A stretch of 64,000 nucleotides of DNA from Escherichia coli (GCF_030013205.1 NZ_CP122648.1), one strand, 5' to 3'; shown: positions 7,401 to 17,394, numbered from the stretch's first letter. Notes: generated by a model not told the origin, from the letters alone. Program-made: numbers and translations.

Positions 7401-10021
7401 TGCCAGTCGTACCAACAGTATCCGGACGTCAGGTTGAGAGCCGTGGAGTTCAGTCAGCAGGCTTGCAGACGTTTTCTCAGCCAGGTATTGGTGATGCTTT
7501 TGTTCGGGCAGGGACAGAGGCAATTGATGTTCTGGGTCAGGCAAAACAGCGCGCCAATATTGCCTTGATTCAGGAGGCATCCCTTAAACTCAGTCAGACA
7601 GGCAGTGATCTGCTGAATAATCCTGAAACAGGATTGCTTAACCTGAAAGGGAAAAATGCTATTGGAAAAGGTCAGGAGTATACGCAGCAGTTTGATGCCC
7701 AGGTCGAGCAACTGGCTATGTTGCTGCCGGATGAACAGGCTCGTAATGCTTTCATGCAGCAGGCGCAGCAGCAGCGCATTCAGTTCACTACGCAGGCCGG
7801 GAGGTACGAAATAGGACAGGTTCGCCAGTATGAGGCGGATATGCAGGATGCGACACTAAAAAACCTATCGATGCAGTTCCGTAACCCGACAATGGCAAAC
7901 CAGGCAGGATTGAAGGCATATCATAGCATCATCGCTTACGGCGAAGCCCACGGCCAGAGTCAGGAAGAGATCGAACAGAACTGGGTTTCGTGGCGCGAGA
8001 ATGCCGCGAACGGTGCGGCGGAGGCGTGGTATGTGCCGATGTATCAACAGATGATGGGTCCGAACGGCAAGATTGAGGTAACCGATACACCGAGTGAGGC
8101 GCAGTTATTCTCTGCAATAATCTGGCAGGAGAGTGGCGGAAATCAGTACGGAAAGGACGGAACACCTCTGGTGTCGCCAAAAGGCGCTGTTGGCGTAGCG
8201 CAGGTGACGGAAGATACTGGCCCCGAAGCTGCCCGCCTTGCTGGCGTGCCGTGGGACCGCGATAAATGGTTGAATGACCCGCGCTATAATGCCCGCTTGG
8301 GGCAAGCTTATTTCGGCGCGCAGATGAAGAAATACGACAATAACCCGGTTCTGGCAGTAGCTGCCTATAACGCTGGCCCAGGAAAGGTTGACGGCTGGAT
8401 TAAACAGATTGGCGACCCGCGCACAGGCGAAGTCAGTAACGCCCAGTTTGCCGCAGCTATCCCATACGACGAGACGCGCAATTATGTGGCAAAAGTAACT
8501 GGCAGTGCTGGAGCTATTCCTGGATCTGCGACGATGGAAAACCTCATCGCACAGCCATTCTGGAACGCCATGAGTCCGGACAAAAAGTCGCAGATGATGA
8601 GCAAGGTTGCTGGCATGTACGACATGCAGGCTTCAGCCGGTCGCGTTGCGCTACAGAGTCGAATGCAGGACGACCTATCCAAAATTGAGGCCGGTAAGCA
8701 GGTGACGCCTATTTCAGCGCACGAATGGGCCGCCGTTATGCCGCTTCAGGCAGCGCCTGCCGAGCGCCTGCAGATGGAAAAAACCTTCCAGCAATACCAG
8801 CAGGCAATGACGCTACAACCTGTTTATCAGACCATTATGCAGGGCAACGTCCAGCAGGGTACCGCCGCCGTGCAGGCAATGGCACCGCAGGAAAACGCCC
8901 CTGACTTTAAATACAAAGCAGAGCTTTATGCATCGGCAAAGGTCAAGCTTGGGCAGGTACTGAAGGCGCGGGAAGCGGATCCGGGGGCATGGCTGCAACA
9001 AAACTCTCCGGTTGTGCAGGCTGCATTCCAGCAGTACCTGAATGACCCTTCATCTGGTGAATACCTAGTTTCCCGCATACAGTCTGAAAAAGACCGCCTG
9101 GGGATAATGAGCAAAAAAGTTTTACCGGAGTCCATGGTCAATGATGTACTGCAGCGTATTGACAACACGCAGGAATCTAGCGTTAAGGCCATTCAGTCGG
9201 TGGCGCAGTCGTTCGGCAAATACTCGGATCAGGTGATGCGGCAGGTGCAAAATAAAGCATTCCCAGCTTTAAAGGTTGTAATGTCTACAGAAAACCAACG
9301 GGCAGCAGATGCGTTGTGGCAAATACGGAATGTACCTACTTCTGATTTGAGATCTGGTTTGGATAAAAACCAGGCAGACAGTGCAGACTCATCGTGGACA
9401 GATCAATTTAAAGATTTTTCTTCAACTCTTATTCCTCAGAGAAATGGTGCTGAAAACTGGACTATTTATAACGAGCAGGGAAAACGCTTGACCTACAACT
9501 ACATGCAGCGCGGAATGTCGGCGTCTGATGCAGCAAAACAGGCGTATCAGGACCTTCTCGGCGAGCAGTACCAGACCAATGGCACTTGGCGGCTACCTAA
9601 TCGTGCAGGGGTAGATATTCGTGACGTTAACGATGGTGCCAATGCGTATCTGAAAAACCTGTCAGCAGATCAGATTATGCCGCTTATTGGTGACCCAAGG
9701 CTACCTGATGAGGTCAACCGTGAGCAGAGTATCTCCCGCATTCGTGATAATGCGCAGTGGGTTACCAACAGCGACGAAACAGGACTTACCCTGATGCTCA
9801 ACGGGCTGATCGTCAACGGTGCCGACGGCAACCCGATTACGGTGACGTTCAACGATCTGGCGAAACTGGGAACAACCAACCGATCAGTATGGAACCGCAT
9901 TACCAAGTTCATTGATACTCCGGTGAAATATACTCCCGGACAGTCTAAGGAATACAGCGCAGAAAGTCAGCGCGACAACCTGATTAACATTTTCCAGAAC
10001 GGCCAGCAATCAGGACGATAA
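7400..10021 (+). CDS. Large internal virion/ejection protein with lytic transglycosylase (SLT) domain
   Basis: SLT signature IIWQESGGNQYGKDG...SPKGAVGVAQV...AAYNAGPGKV; likely start ATG at 7400 after GGAGGA RBS (track ORF starts upstream at 7325). Confidence 0.75.
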   Translation: MPVVPTVSGRQVESRGVQSAGLQTFSQPGIGDAFVRAGTEAIDVLGQAKQRANIALIQEASLKLSQTGSDLLNNPETGLLNLKGKNAIGKGQEYTQQFDAQVEQLAMLLPDEQARNAFMQQAQQQRIQFTTQAGRYEIGQVRQYEADMQDATLKNLSMQFRNPTMANQAGLKAYHSIIAYGEAHGQSQEEIEQNWVSWRENAANGAAEAWYVPMYQQMMGPNGKIEVTDTPSEAQLFSAIIWQESGGNQYGKDGTPLVSPKGAVGVAQVTEDTGPEAARLAGVPWDRDKWLNDPRYNARLGQAYFGAQMKKYDNNPVLAVAAYNAGPGKVDGWIKQIGDPRTGEVSNAQFAAAIPYDETRNYVAKVTGSAGAIPGSATMENLIAQPFWNAMSPDKKSQMMSKVAGMYDMQASAGRVALQSRMQDDLSKIEAGKQVTPISAHEWAAVMPLQAAPAERLQMEKTFQQYQQAMTLQPVYQTIMQGNVQQGTAAVQAMAPQENAPDFKYKAELYASAKVKLGQVLKAREADPGAWLQQNSPVVQAAFQQYLNDPSSGEYLVSRIQSEKDRLGIMSKKVLPESMVNDVLQRIDNTQESSVKAIQSVAQSFGKYSDQVMRQVQNKAFPALKVVMSTENQRAADALWQIRNVPTSDLRSGLDKNQADSADSSWTDQFKDFSSTLIPQRNGAENWTIYNEQGKRLTYNYMQRGMSASDAAKQAYQDLLGEQYQTNGTWRLPNRAGVDIRDVNDGANAYLKNLSADQIMPLIGDPRLPDEVNREQSISRIRDNAQWVTNSDETGLTLMLNGLIVNGADGNPITVTFNDLAKLGTTNRSVWNRITKFIDTPVKYTPGQSKEYSAESQRDNLINIFQNGQQSGR

Positions 10022-10022
10022 C

Positions 10023-11720
10023 ATGCCAATTTACACAGATGATCCGGGACAGGGAATTAACCAGCCAATTGGCAACGCGCCAGCAGGGCTTGGCGAATCG
10101 CTGCTTTCTTCCCTTAAGCAGGGATTTGAAGAGGGGCCGGTCATGTCCGGCTACCGTTTTGCGCAGGCCGACTCGCTGGCGAATGACCCAAACTCTACAG
10201 TTATCAGTAAGCAGGAAGCGGATGAGCTCCTGAAGCAGTACGGCGTAAAGAGCATAAACGTGCCAGATTCTGGCGTTACGCAGGCTTTTCTCGATCATGT
10301 TATTGCCGAACGCAAAGATTCTCTGGCACGCCAGCAGATCGCGATGTCGGCACCGAGCGGGTGGGTAGCCACGCCGCTTAATTTCGCAGCCAGCCTAGCT
10401 GGTTCAATGGCAGATCCTGGTAACGTGGCGCTGGCGCTGGTTCCGTTCGCTGGAGAAGCAAAGGCGGCTTCTGTGCTTGGCCGATTTGGCGAGCGATTTG
10501 TTGCTGGTGCACGCATGGGGGCAGCGCAGGCGTTGGTGACCGTGCCGCTTACCGGGCTGGCAGCGGCGGCGGAAGGTGACGACTTCACCTATAGCAACGC
10601 GTTGGAAAGTACTTTCTTTAACACGATGGCTGGCGGTCTAATGCATGCCGGCGGCGGCCTTATCGCCGATATCGTGCGACCGCGTCGCGTTCCCGATGCT
10701 GCAACGGGAGAGTCCCCGGCGTTTTCTGGCGATGCGCAGCCAACCCCGGTGATAACGCCTGACAACATTCCGGCGGGCGTGAATATCCCTGAGGTTGGCG
10801 CTAACGCAGATCTGGCGGCGGCCATTTCCAGTGAAGCGGAGAGCTACGCATACAGCCGGGCTTATGACGACGTGGTTCCTGACTATATGGCGCGCCAGCA
10901 GGAGTTACAGAGCGGGCAGATCGGTAACGTTGCCGACCTGCGTGCCGAGCTTGCGGCTAATCAACGTCATGCTGACTCGCTTGATGCGACGCTGCAGCAG
11001 CGCACCAAAAAGTATCAGGGGCAGCGGATGAAGTTTAAGGATGCGCGCTCTAGGGCACTGAAAGAGATTCAGGCCGAGAAAGACGCCATCGCTGCACGCA
11101 ATCAGGAGATCAACACATCGCTGGAGCAGAACGCGACAGCAGAGCAGGCGCGCTGGCGCCAGTCTCAGATTTCCCGCGGCGAGATCCCCGACGACCTGAA
11201 AGTCACCATTTCCGAGCGTGCGCAGCAGATCCTGGACGGCATGCAGATGTCTCCGGTCGCTGGCGCAGTTCGCACTGCCGCAAGCGCCATCAGGGATGCT
11301 GACTGGAGCGTGAACCAGCAGGCGTATCGCGCTGCGCTGGCACACATGATGGAAGGACGTATCCCAGATGTTGAGCCCTTCTATGAACTGCACAAACCGG
11401 CACTGCGTGAACGCGCCATCCATCGCATACAGAACCCGGCACGGCAGGTTGATGAAACGGCTCGCCCAGCAAGCGAAACAGCCGATCGGGTTTATCAAGA
11501 AACGCAAAAGGCAGATCATGAAATTACCGCTGCCGCTGCAGACCTTGATAACGAGCTCAACCTGAGTAACGCACTGCTTGACGATATCGCTGTCGATAAC
11601 CCTGATCTTGCGACCACGTTGCGCCAGAAACTCAATGATATTCGTGCCGACGCCAGCGACAATAGCATGAGCAACGCTTTCCGGGCATTTGCCGCCTGTA
11701 TGATTAACCGGGGGATGTGA
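10023..11720 (+). CDS. Internal virion/ejection protein
   Basis: 565-aa ORF directly following the SLT protein. Confidence 0.55.
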   Translation: MPIYTDDPGQGINQPIGNAPAGLGESLLSSLKQGFEEGPVMSGYRFAQADSLANDPNSTVISKQEADELLKQYGVKSINVPDSGVTQAFLDHVIAERKDSLARQQIAMSAPSGWVATPLNFAASLAGSMADPGNVALALVPFAGEAKAASVLGRFGERFVAGARMGAAQALVTVPLTGLAAAAEGDDFTYSNALESTFFNTMAGGLMHAGGGLIADIVRPRRVPDAATGESPAFSGDAQPTPVITPDNIPAGVNIPEVGANADLAAAISSEAESYAYSRAYDDVVPDYMARQQELQSGQIGNVADLRAELAANQRHADSLDATLQQRTKKYQGQRMKFKDARSRALKEIQAEKDAIAARNQEINTSLEQNATAEQARWRQSQISRGEIPDDLKVTISERAQQILDGMQMSPVAGAVRTAASAIRDADWSVNQQAYRAALAHMMEGRIPDVEPFYELHKPALRERAIHRIQNPARQVDETARPASETADRVYQETQKADHEITAAAADLDNELNLSNALLDDIAVDNPDLATTLRQKLNDIRADASDNSMSNAFRAFAACMINRGM

Positions 11721-14269
11721 TGGCAGCAAACGAATTTTTGACGCAGTGCGAGCGCAGTGTAAATGCTGCCGCTGGTCGCGAGCTTTCTTCCGATGAGATG
11801 GAGTCGCTGGTGCGTGACATGAACGACACCACTAGGCGAATTCTGGCGACCAATGAGGCGCTGTCTCTGGAAGAGGCCGCGATGCGCGCAGCGGAAGAAC
11901 TGAGCAATGCCGATATGCTGGCAAAACAGATTGAGGCTCGCAATAAGGCAATCAACACCCGTATTGCCGCACAACGACTTAGAGAGCTTCGTACTATCTG
12001 GAAAGACCGCCCGGATATCGGGCTTGAAGCAATGCTGGTTGGCCGCAACGATGCGCGTACCGGCGCCCGCCGGTCGGTATCTTCGGAGGTGGCGCAACTG
12101 CGCGGCAAGTATCATTCCGGTATCAACTACGATTTTGACCGTGCCGGGCTGGTGCAATTCATCGCCAGCGGCAGCAATGACAGGGAAATTGCCGATGCAA
12201 TGTGGCGCATAGGGCGCGGGCAGTCAACTGACGGTATGACAAAGCAATCCGTAAGCGCTGCACAAATCATCATGAAATGGCAGGAAACTGCGCGCATTGA
12301 TGAGAACCGCGCCGGGGCATGGATACGCAAAGAGCCGGGCTATATAGTGCGCCAGTCACACGACATCATGAAGATCCGCGCCGCAGGTTATGAAGCATGG
12401 CGAAATGCTATTCTCCCGCGCCTTGATGAGCGCACTTTTGACGGCGTGGCTGACCGCGAGCAGTTCATGCGTAACATTTATAACGGGCTGGCTTCCGGCG
12501 TGCATCTTACATCTGAAAAGCCAGATTGGATGAATGGCTTTAAGGGATCGGCGAACGCAGCTAAACGCGCCAGCCAAGAGCGAATTTTGCACTTCAAAGA
12601 TGGTATCTCGTGGCACGAGTACAACCAGCAATTCGGCACCGGCAGCCTGCGAGAGGCGCTGTTTGGTGGCTTAAACAGCGCTGCCCGCACAACGGGCATG
12701 ATGCGCGTACTGGGCACTAACCCACAGAACATGTTTAAGTACCTGACGGACACCATTGCTGAAGATATCAGCAAATCCGGAAGACCGGCAGCGTTGGCTG
12801 ACTACATGACGAAGGTGCGTCGCATTAACCGTACCGTAATGCCGCAGGTTGACGGCTCGCTAAATATTCCTGGCAGCGTAGGCTGGGCCAATGCGTCGGC
12901 GGCTGTACGCGGCTGGTTGCGTATGAGCCAGCTTGGTGGCGCGGTAATCTCATCGTTTAACGACGTGCCTATCGCCGCTACCGAGATGCGCTACCAAGGG
13001 CAGAATTTTATGCAGGCGTTGCTTGGTGCTATGAGAGGCCGCTTCACGCGTTACAACAGCGCGGAGCAGAAAGAGATCCTTTCCTCTATCGGAGTTTATT
13101 CCGACTCCATGACGCAGGAAATCATCCGGCGCATATCTGGTGATGACACGCTGAATGGAAAACTTGGTCGCGCGCAGCAGCTTTTCTTTAAGTACAACCT
13201 CATGAACTTCTGGACCGAGAGCGGTCGTAACAGCAACGCCATGATGATAACCAACTGGCTTGCAAAGAATGCTGACCAGTCTCATGCGCGGCTACCGGAA
13301 GACCTGCGACGCGTGCTGGATCTGCACGGTATTGGCGAACGTGAGTGGGAAATTTTTCGTAACATGGACATGGCCGATAGCGAAGGTCGTAAGTTCATGA
13401 CGACCAGCGGCATGCGCGGCGTGCCTGACGAAGTGATTGCCGGTTATGTAGAGAGTAAGGGGATCAAACCAACGCAGCGCGCTATCGCTGACGCACGCGA
13501 TCAATTGGAAGGGCAGTTGCGCGGCTACATCCTTGACCGCCTGAATATCGCCATGTCAGAGCCTGGCGATCGCACGCAGGCGTTTATGAAGATGGGCACG
13601 GTGCCAGGAACGGTGGCTGGGGAAGCAATACGATTCGCTGGTCAATACAAATCGTTCACTGCAAGCTTCATGCAGAACGTACTAGGACGCGAAGTATTCG
13701 GGCGTGGTTATATTCCTGCTGGGCTTGGTGAGTCGAAAACCGGATCGCTGACGAATGCGCTGCTACGTAACGGGAAGGGGGCTTTCCTTGGTGCTGCAAA
13801 CCTCTTTGTCTGGGCGACTATGTTTGGTTATATCTCCATGCAGTCAAAACTCATGCTGAAAGGGCAAACACCACGCCCGGCAGATGCCAAGACGTTTCTC
13901 GCAGCCGCATCTCAGGGGGGCGGTCTTGGCATCTTGGGTGACTTCATGTTTGGCGAGGTCAACCGCATGGGGGCCGGGCCGGTTACGTCGCTAATGGGGC
14001 CAGCAGCATCGAACGCTGACAGCATTATCACGCTGCTCCAGCAGACCACGAGAGGGGATGCAGATTTGGGTGACTGGTATCGCACGGCACTTGACAATAC
14101 GCCATTCCTCAACGTGTTCTGGCTTCGTACGGCGATGAATGGTTTAATATTGAACCGGATACAAGATGCCCTTGACCCAGGCTCTCTTGAGCGTTATCAG
14201 CGCCGTGTTGAGCGTGAGCAGGGTAACGACTTTTTGATCCCACCATCGCAGTTCATGCTAGGTAAATAA
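11720..14269 (+). CDS. Large internal virion/ejection protein
   Basis: About 849-aa ORF, start overlapping upstream stop (TGATG). Confidence 0.55.
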   Translation: MAANEFLTQCERSVNAAAGRELSSDEMESLVRDMNDTTRRILATNEALSLEEAAMRAAEELSNADMLAKQIEARNKAINTRIAAQRLRELRTIWKDRPDIGLEAMLVGRNDARTGARRSVSSEVAQLRGKYHSGINYDFDRAGLVQFIASGSNDREIADAMWRIGRGQSTDGMTKQSVSAAQIIMKWQETARIDENRAGAWIRKEPGYIVRQSHDIMKIRAAGYEAWRNAILPRLDERTFDGVADREQFMRNIYNGLASGVHLTSEKPDWMNGFKGSANAAKRASQERILHFKDGISWHEYNQQFGTGSLREALFGGLNSAARTTGMMRVLGTNPQNMFKYLTDTIAEDISKSGRPAALADYMTKVRRINRTVMPQVDGSLNIPGSVGWANASAAVRGWLRMSQLGGAVISSFNDVPIAATEMRYQGQNFMQALLGAMRGRFTRYNSAEQKEILSSIGVYSDSMTQEIIRRISGDDTLNGKLGRAQQLFFKYNLMNFWTESGRNSNAMMITNWLAKNADQSHARLPEDLRRVLDLHGIGEREWEIFRNMDMADSEGRKFMTTSGMRGVPDEVIAGYVESKGIKPTQRAIADARDQLEGQLRGYILDRLNIAMSEPGDRTQAFMKMGTVPGTVAGEAIRFAGQYKSFTASFMQNVLGREVFGRGYIPAGLGESKTGSLTNALLRNGKGAFLGAANLFVWATMFGYISMQSKLMLKGQTPRPADAKTFLAAASQGGGLGILGDFMFGEVNRMGAGPVTSLMGPAASNADSIITLLQQTTRGDADLGDWYRTALDNTPFLNVFWLRTAMNGLILNRIQDALDPGSLERYQRRVEREQGNDFLIPPSQFMLGK

Positions 14270-14271
14270 TA

Positions 14272-14832
14272 ATGAAGGCAATTATATTTTTTGTTTCAAT
14301 ATTGATGTCTGCATTTTCTTTTGCAGGGCAAAATGTTAAATGCGAACTTCAATACTTTGGAGATAGCGATAAATTTAAGGTAACTCAGTTTTCTTTTATG
14401 GGGATTCCATCTGATTCATACCTTTATACCTGTGCCGACTGTGGAGGCATCCAGATAAACGTGTTCCCATCTATTCAGACTGTTGCTTCCTACTCATTTG
14501 AAAACAACATTGATTTCGAAAGGAAAATCAATGCTGAATACAACAGAAAAGACATAGCTAAACTTGAGATGGAAAACGTTACTCAAGGCGGGAGAATAAA
14601 ATATTCAATCACCGATACTGGTTTGGCAGAGTTTTACCCAGAGGGCAAAAAGATAAGCTACCTCTACTTTTTAGCCAAGCAACAAAATGGTAAAGAACAA
14701 GTAGGTTATTCAGGATTTGTTACCTCTAACGGGGATAAGTCATGCTCAATTATTGCGACATATCCAGGAAAAGAAATTTCTTTTCTGGGAAGTAAATCTT
14801 TAAGCTACTTTATGAATCATATATCAATGTAG
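14272..14832 (+). CDS. Secreted moron protein with signal peptide, AT-rich codon usage
   Basis: 186-aa ORF starting MKAIIFFVSILMSAFSFA; marked drop in GC relative to flanking virion genes; followed by terminator. Confidence 0.5.
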   Translation: MKAIIFFVSILMSAFSFAGQNVKCELQYFGDSDKFKVTQFSFMGIPSDSYLYTCADCGGIQINVFPSIQTVASYSFENNIDFERKINAEYNRKDIAKLEMENVTQGGRIKYSITDTGLAEFYPEGKKISYLYFLAKQQNGKEQVGYSGFVTSNGDKSCSIIATYPGKEISFLGSKSLSYFMNHISM

Positions 14833-14845
14833 CGTGACATGTCAC

Positions 14846-14870
14846 AGGCCGCTTTCGCGGCCTTGTTTTT
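14846..14870 (+). terminator. Rho-independent terminator ending the virion/moron operon
   Basis: AGGCCGC-TTTC-GCGGCCT stem then TGTTTTT. Confidence 0.6.
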
Positions 14871-15030
14871 AACGAATGCCACCGCCACCCGGGCGGGAAT
14901 CCGCAGAACGCCCACCGCAGCGGGAGCCGTCAGCGGCAGTATCGCTGTCGTGCTGACAACGACCGGCAAAGGCCTGAGTTGAAGCTACCAGAGACAACAA
15001 AACGAACAGTGCAGCAAATGCTTTTTTCAT
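14869..15030 (-). CDS. Possible small secreted protein
   Basis: Internal Met of track ORF gives MKKAFAALFVLLSLVASTQAFAGR... (signal peptide-like); GC-rich, short. Confidence 0.3.
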   Translation of the reverse strand: MKKAFAALFVLLSLVASTQAFAGRCQHDSDTAADGSRCGGRSADSRPGGGGIR

Positions 15031-15102
15031 TGTGAAGTTTCCATCTATAAGCCACCTCAATGTGGCGTCAATGAGTGTAGCACTGGCTTTTGTTTCGTCC
15101 AC

Positions 15103-15136
15103 AAAAAAAGCCCGCAGCGCGGGCTATTCTTTTTTG
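15103..15136. terminator. Bidirectional hairpin terminator
   Basis: AAAAAAAGCCCGC-AGCG-CGGGCTATTCTTTTTT. Confidence 0.55.
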
Positions 15137-15990
15137 CTATTTCTTTGATATATATTTCTTCCATTTTTGGTAACACGAATAACGTGCCCCCTGGATTCTA
15201 CTTTGTTATTTGTTGCTTTATATACTTCAAAATCAAACCATGATATATAACTTATTTCGTCAATAGACACCATGATCTCAAGTCCTGGCACTTTCTTTCT
15301 GCTAATTCCTCTTATTGCTGCAGTCCGCTTGACCTGTATTTCTCCTGGATAAGCATTAGTGAATGTGACAGATAAGTTGTCTTTGTTCCTGTATCCTGAC
15401 ATTAAAGGAACAAAAGATATGTGCTGATGCGGACCCTGATTTTCCGTTGGTTCACCAGAACCATTTATTATTCCAACATACACTTTGTTTGATGATAAAG
15501 TAATCAGCATTGGTCGTTTAGGATCCGATTCAATAGCATCAAGCAATAGTAAGTCTAAAGAACCTTGCGAGTAAGTTTTTCGCAGTACTCTGGCCTTCAT
15601 TGCCTCTGTTTTTTGCTCGTAAATATCACGTTTATAAAAACAACCAAGAAGAAAATCTTTCACCCACACAACAGACACATAACACAAAGAGAAGCAAATG
15701 GATGTGGCTGAGAGAAGAAGCAGCCACATGTAAATTCTATCTGTTTCTGGTTTTGATGTTACATTAAAAGTTTCCACCATATCGTGAACTAGGTGAAAAT
15801 CAGGCCATTTATATTTTATAGCGGCTGCAATTATTACTGATGCAACAAGGCAATATGTACCTAGTGCCGCTACTTTCATATAAAGAAGCTGGCCTTCGTG
15901 TCGGTATAAACGGAAATAATGATACTGGTTAGCGGTTATCATAATATAACCGCTAACCAGGATTGGGATAATTAGAAGAGCTAGCAACAC
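15124..15990 (-). CDS. Membrane protein with about 3 N-terminal TM helices and about 175-aa cytoplasmic domain; candidate superinfection-exclusion or abortive-infection moron
   Basis: 288-aa ORF, AT-rich, hydrophobic N-terminus; lies between ejection genes and antirepressor where P22-like phages place sieA/immI. Confidence 0.5.
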   Translation of the reverse strand: MLLALLIIPILVSGYIMITANQYHYFRLYRHEGQLLYMKVAALGTYCLVASVIIAAAIKYKWPDFHLVHDMVETFNVTSKPETDRIYMWLLLLSATSICFSLCYVSVVWVKDFLLGCFYKRDIYEQKTEAMKARVLRKTYSQGSLDLLLLDAIESDPKRPMLITLSSNKVYVGIINGSGEPTENQGPHQHISFVPLMSGYRNKDNLSVTFTNAYPGEIQVKRTAAIRGISRKKVPGLEIMVSIDEISYISWFDFEVYKATNNKVESRGHVIRVTKNGRNIYQRNSKKE

Positions 15991-16199
15991 TACTTCCTTA
16001 CAGTGGCAAGATCCTGTTTAACAATTGCAGCAGCGAGACGACGCATCTCCTTAACCTCAGGAAGCTCAGAAATTTGCTGTGATGAGATATATACTCCACC
16101 ACGCTTGTTAACCTGCGCTGACGCCGGAACTTCTGCATTTTTTGCCTGAGGGCTGGGTGCATTATCCCTCGTTTTTGTACGAGCGAACCAAAATCCCAT
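15990..16199 (-). CDS. Small protein co-transcribed with the membrane protein (start/stop overlap)
   Basis: 69-aa ORF with RBS; operator-like palindrome immediately upstream. Confidence 0.4.
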   Translation of the reverse strand: MGFWFARTKTRDNAPSPQAKNAEVPASAQVNKRGGVYISSQQISELPEVKEMRRLAAAIVKQDLATVRK

Positions 16200-16225
16200 A
16201 TATCCTCCTCATGTAAACACATGGT

Positions 16226-16240
16226 TTACCTTTAAGGTAA
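16226..16240 (-). promoter_or_regulatory. TTACCTTTAAGGTAA palindrome immediately upstream of the 69-aa/membrane-protein operon
   Basis: Read directly; same dyad family as cI-cro operators. Confidence 0.5.
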
Positions 16241-16306
16241 TATTACGCGAATCTACATCACATCGCCAATGATTATTTTAAAGGCACATCCCTGTGCCGC
16301 CGCTCG

Positions 16307-16999
16307 TCAGAAGAACCCTGCCTTGTCGTTGATGTACTCCGCGTGCGTCTGGATATCACGCAGGCATTTGCTCACACCGACGATGTAGCAGAACATGGTG
16401 GTCAACTCCGCCGCCGCGCCCGATACGTCGTGCCCGTCTTCCTGTAACTGGTTCAGCAGATTCATCAGCAGTGAGTTCTCCGTCAGGCCGAGAACACCAG
16501 ACGGAGAATGAATCAGGCTGCGGTAGCCGGGCTTCAGCGGGGCACTGTAGGTTTTGTTCTCTATCTTCATTGCCTGCATCACTGCTGATGCTGTGGCGTT
16601 GGCTACCTGGTCGGCAACCATCTTTATGCGTTCTTCCTGCGGGAGCGAGTTTTTAATGTAACTTCCGGTGCGGCGGATCTGAGGAAGAACCTCACCTGTA
16701 ACCCATTCAAGAAATCTGAATGCTCTCGTTCCCTCAGTCATTGCCTCTTTGCAACGCAGAATAAGGATGTAGAGACCTGATTCTGAAACGATGGATAGTT
16801 CTTGTATTCCACCAGGGGTCTGTATTGAATACAGCCCCTTTTTGTTCCAGCCTTTTTTATCAAGTTTTCTCGCTTGTGTAACATCAATATTCAAAGCATT
16901 GCACACATCTTTGGTGACAAACCAAGGTTCTCCGTCAATCATGAACATACGGATCTGGCAGGATGACTCAAAGGAAAAGATGGAAGGTTTGGTATTCAT
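16307..16999 (-). CDS. Antirepressor-like protein, N-terminal Bro-N domain plus C-terminal Ant-type domain
   Basis: MNTKPSIFSFESSCQIRMFMIDGEPWFVTKDVCNAL...SESGLYILI matches Bro-N pattern; start taken at internal ATG (track ORF begins at 17044). Confidence 0.7.
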   Translation of the reverse strand: MNTKPSIFSFESSCQIRMFMIDGEPWFVTKDVCNALNIDVTQARKLDKKGWNKKGLYSIQTPGGIQELSIVSESGLYILILRCKEAMTEGTRAFRFLEWVTGEVLPQIRRTGSYIKNSLPQEERIKMVADQVANATASAVMQAMKIENKTYSAPLKPGYRSLIHSPSGVLGLTENSLLMNLLNQLQEDGHDVSGAAAELTTMFCYIVGVSKCLRDIQTHAEYINDKAGFF

Positions 17000-17290
17000 G
17001 GCGATCACCTTTGTAGTTAGGTTAATCACCACCGCTGAGACCAATCAGATGGTGGTGAACTGTGCAGAGTTGGTCTTACCGGCTACAAAGGAACCCGGCG
17101 CACCTTTCGGTGCCCCCACACAGCCCACCATAGAATAGGTGCGCTTTACACATAAAAAAACCGCTTATGCGGCATATGTGCCTCTGTAGTAATCCGGGAG
17201 ACCAATCCCGGCACTGGATTTTGCCAGTGCCCGATTACTATGGCACAAGAGGAGTGCGATGTAAATTTACCGCAAAGGTAATGATAAACG
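17000..17290 (-). other. Long structured 5' leader of the antirepressor gene, containing an intrinsic terminator (plus coords about 17154-17172) and several hairpins
   Basis: Minus-strand reading: GCACTGG..CCAGTGC, CGGGA..CCCGG, CCGCATAAGCGG+TTTTTTT, GCACC-GAAA-GGTGC, TCACCACC..GGTGGTGA; 10-nt GATTGGTCTC repeated in two loops. Confidence 0.45.
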
Positions 17291-17374
17291 CGAAGAAATA
17301 TTAAAATCAACCGTATTTGGTTGATTGCGTTTAACGCTTGATCACCTGAAAGCAAGATATTACCTTTAAGGTAA
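17267..17374. promoter_or_regulatory. Two TTACC-N5-GGTAA palindromes (17267-17281 TTACCGCAAAGGTAA; 17360-17374 TTACCTTTAAGGTAA) in the divergent region between antirepressor leader and the 17395 gene
   Basis: Read directly. Confidence 0.5.
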
Positions 17375-17394
17375 TGTTATTGTGAGGAAAGGCA

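Noticed and set aside
10905-12157. Long minus-strand ORFs (10905-11729, 11516-12157, 11704-12108) inside the ejection-protein genes
   Set aside because: They lie antisense to long, well-formed plus-strand genes in GC-rich DNA and have low-complexity Ala/Arg/Ser-rich translations; typical spurious antisense frames.
17146-17355. 69-aa minus-strand ORF within the antirepressor leader
   Set aside because: Region is dominated by hairpins and a terminator and the translation is not protein-like; more likely non-coding leader/sRNA.
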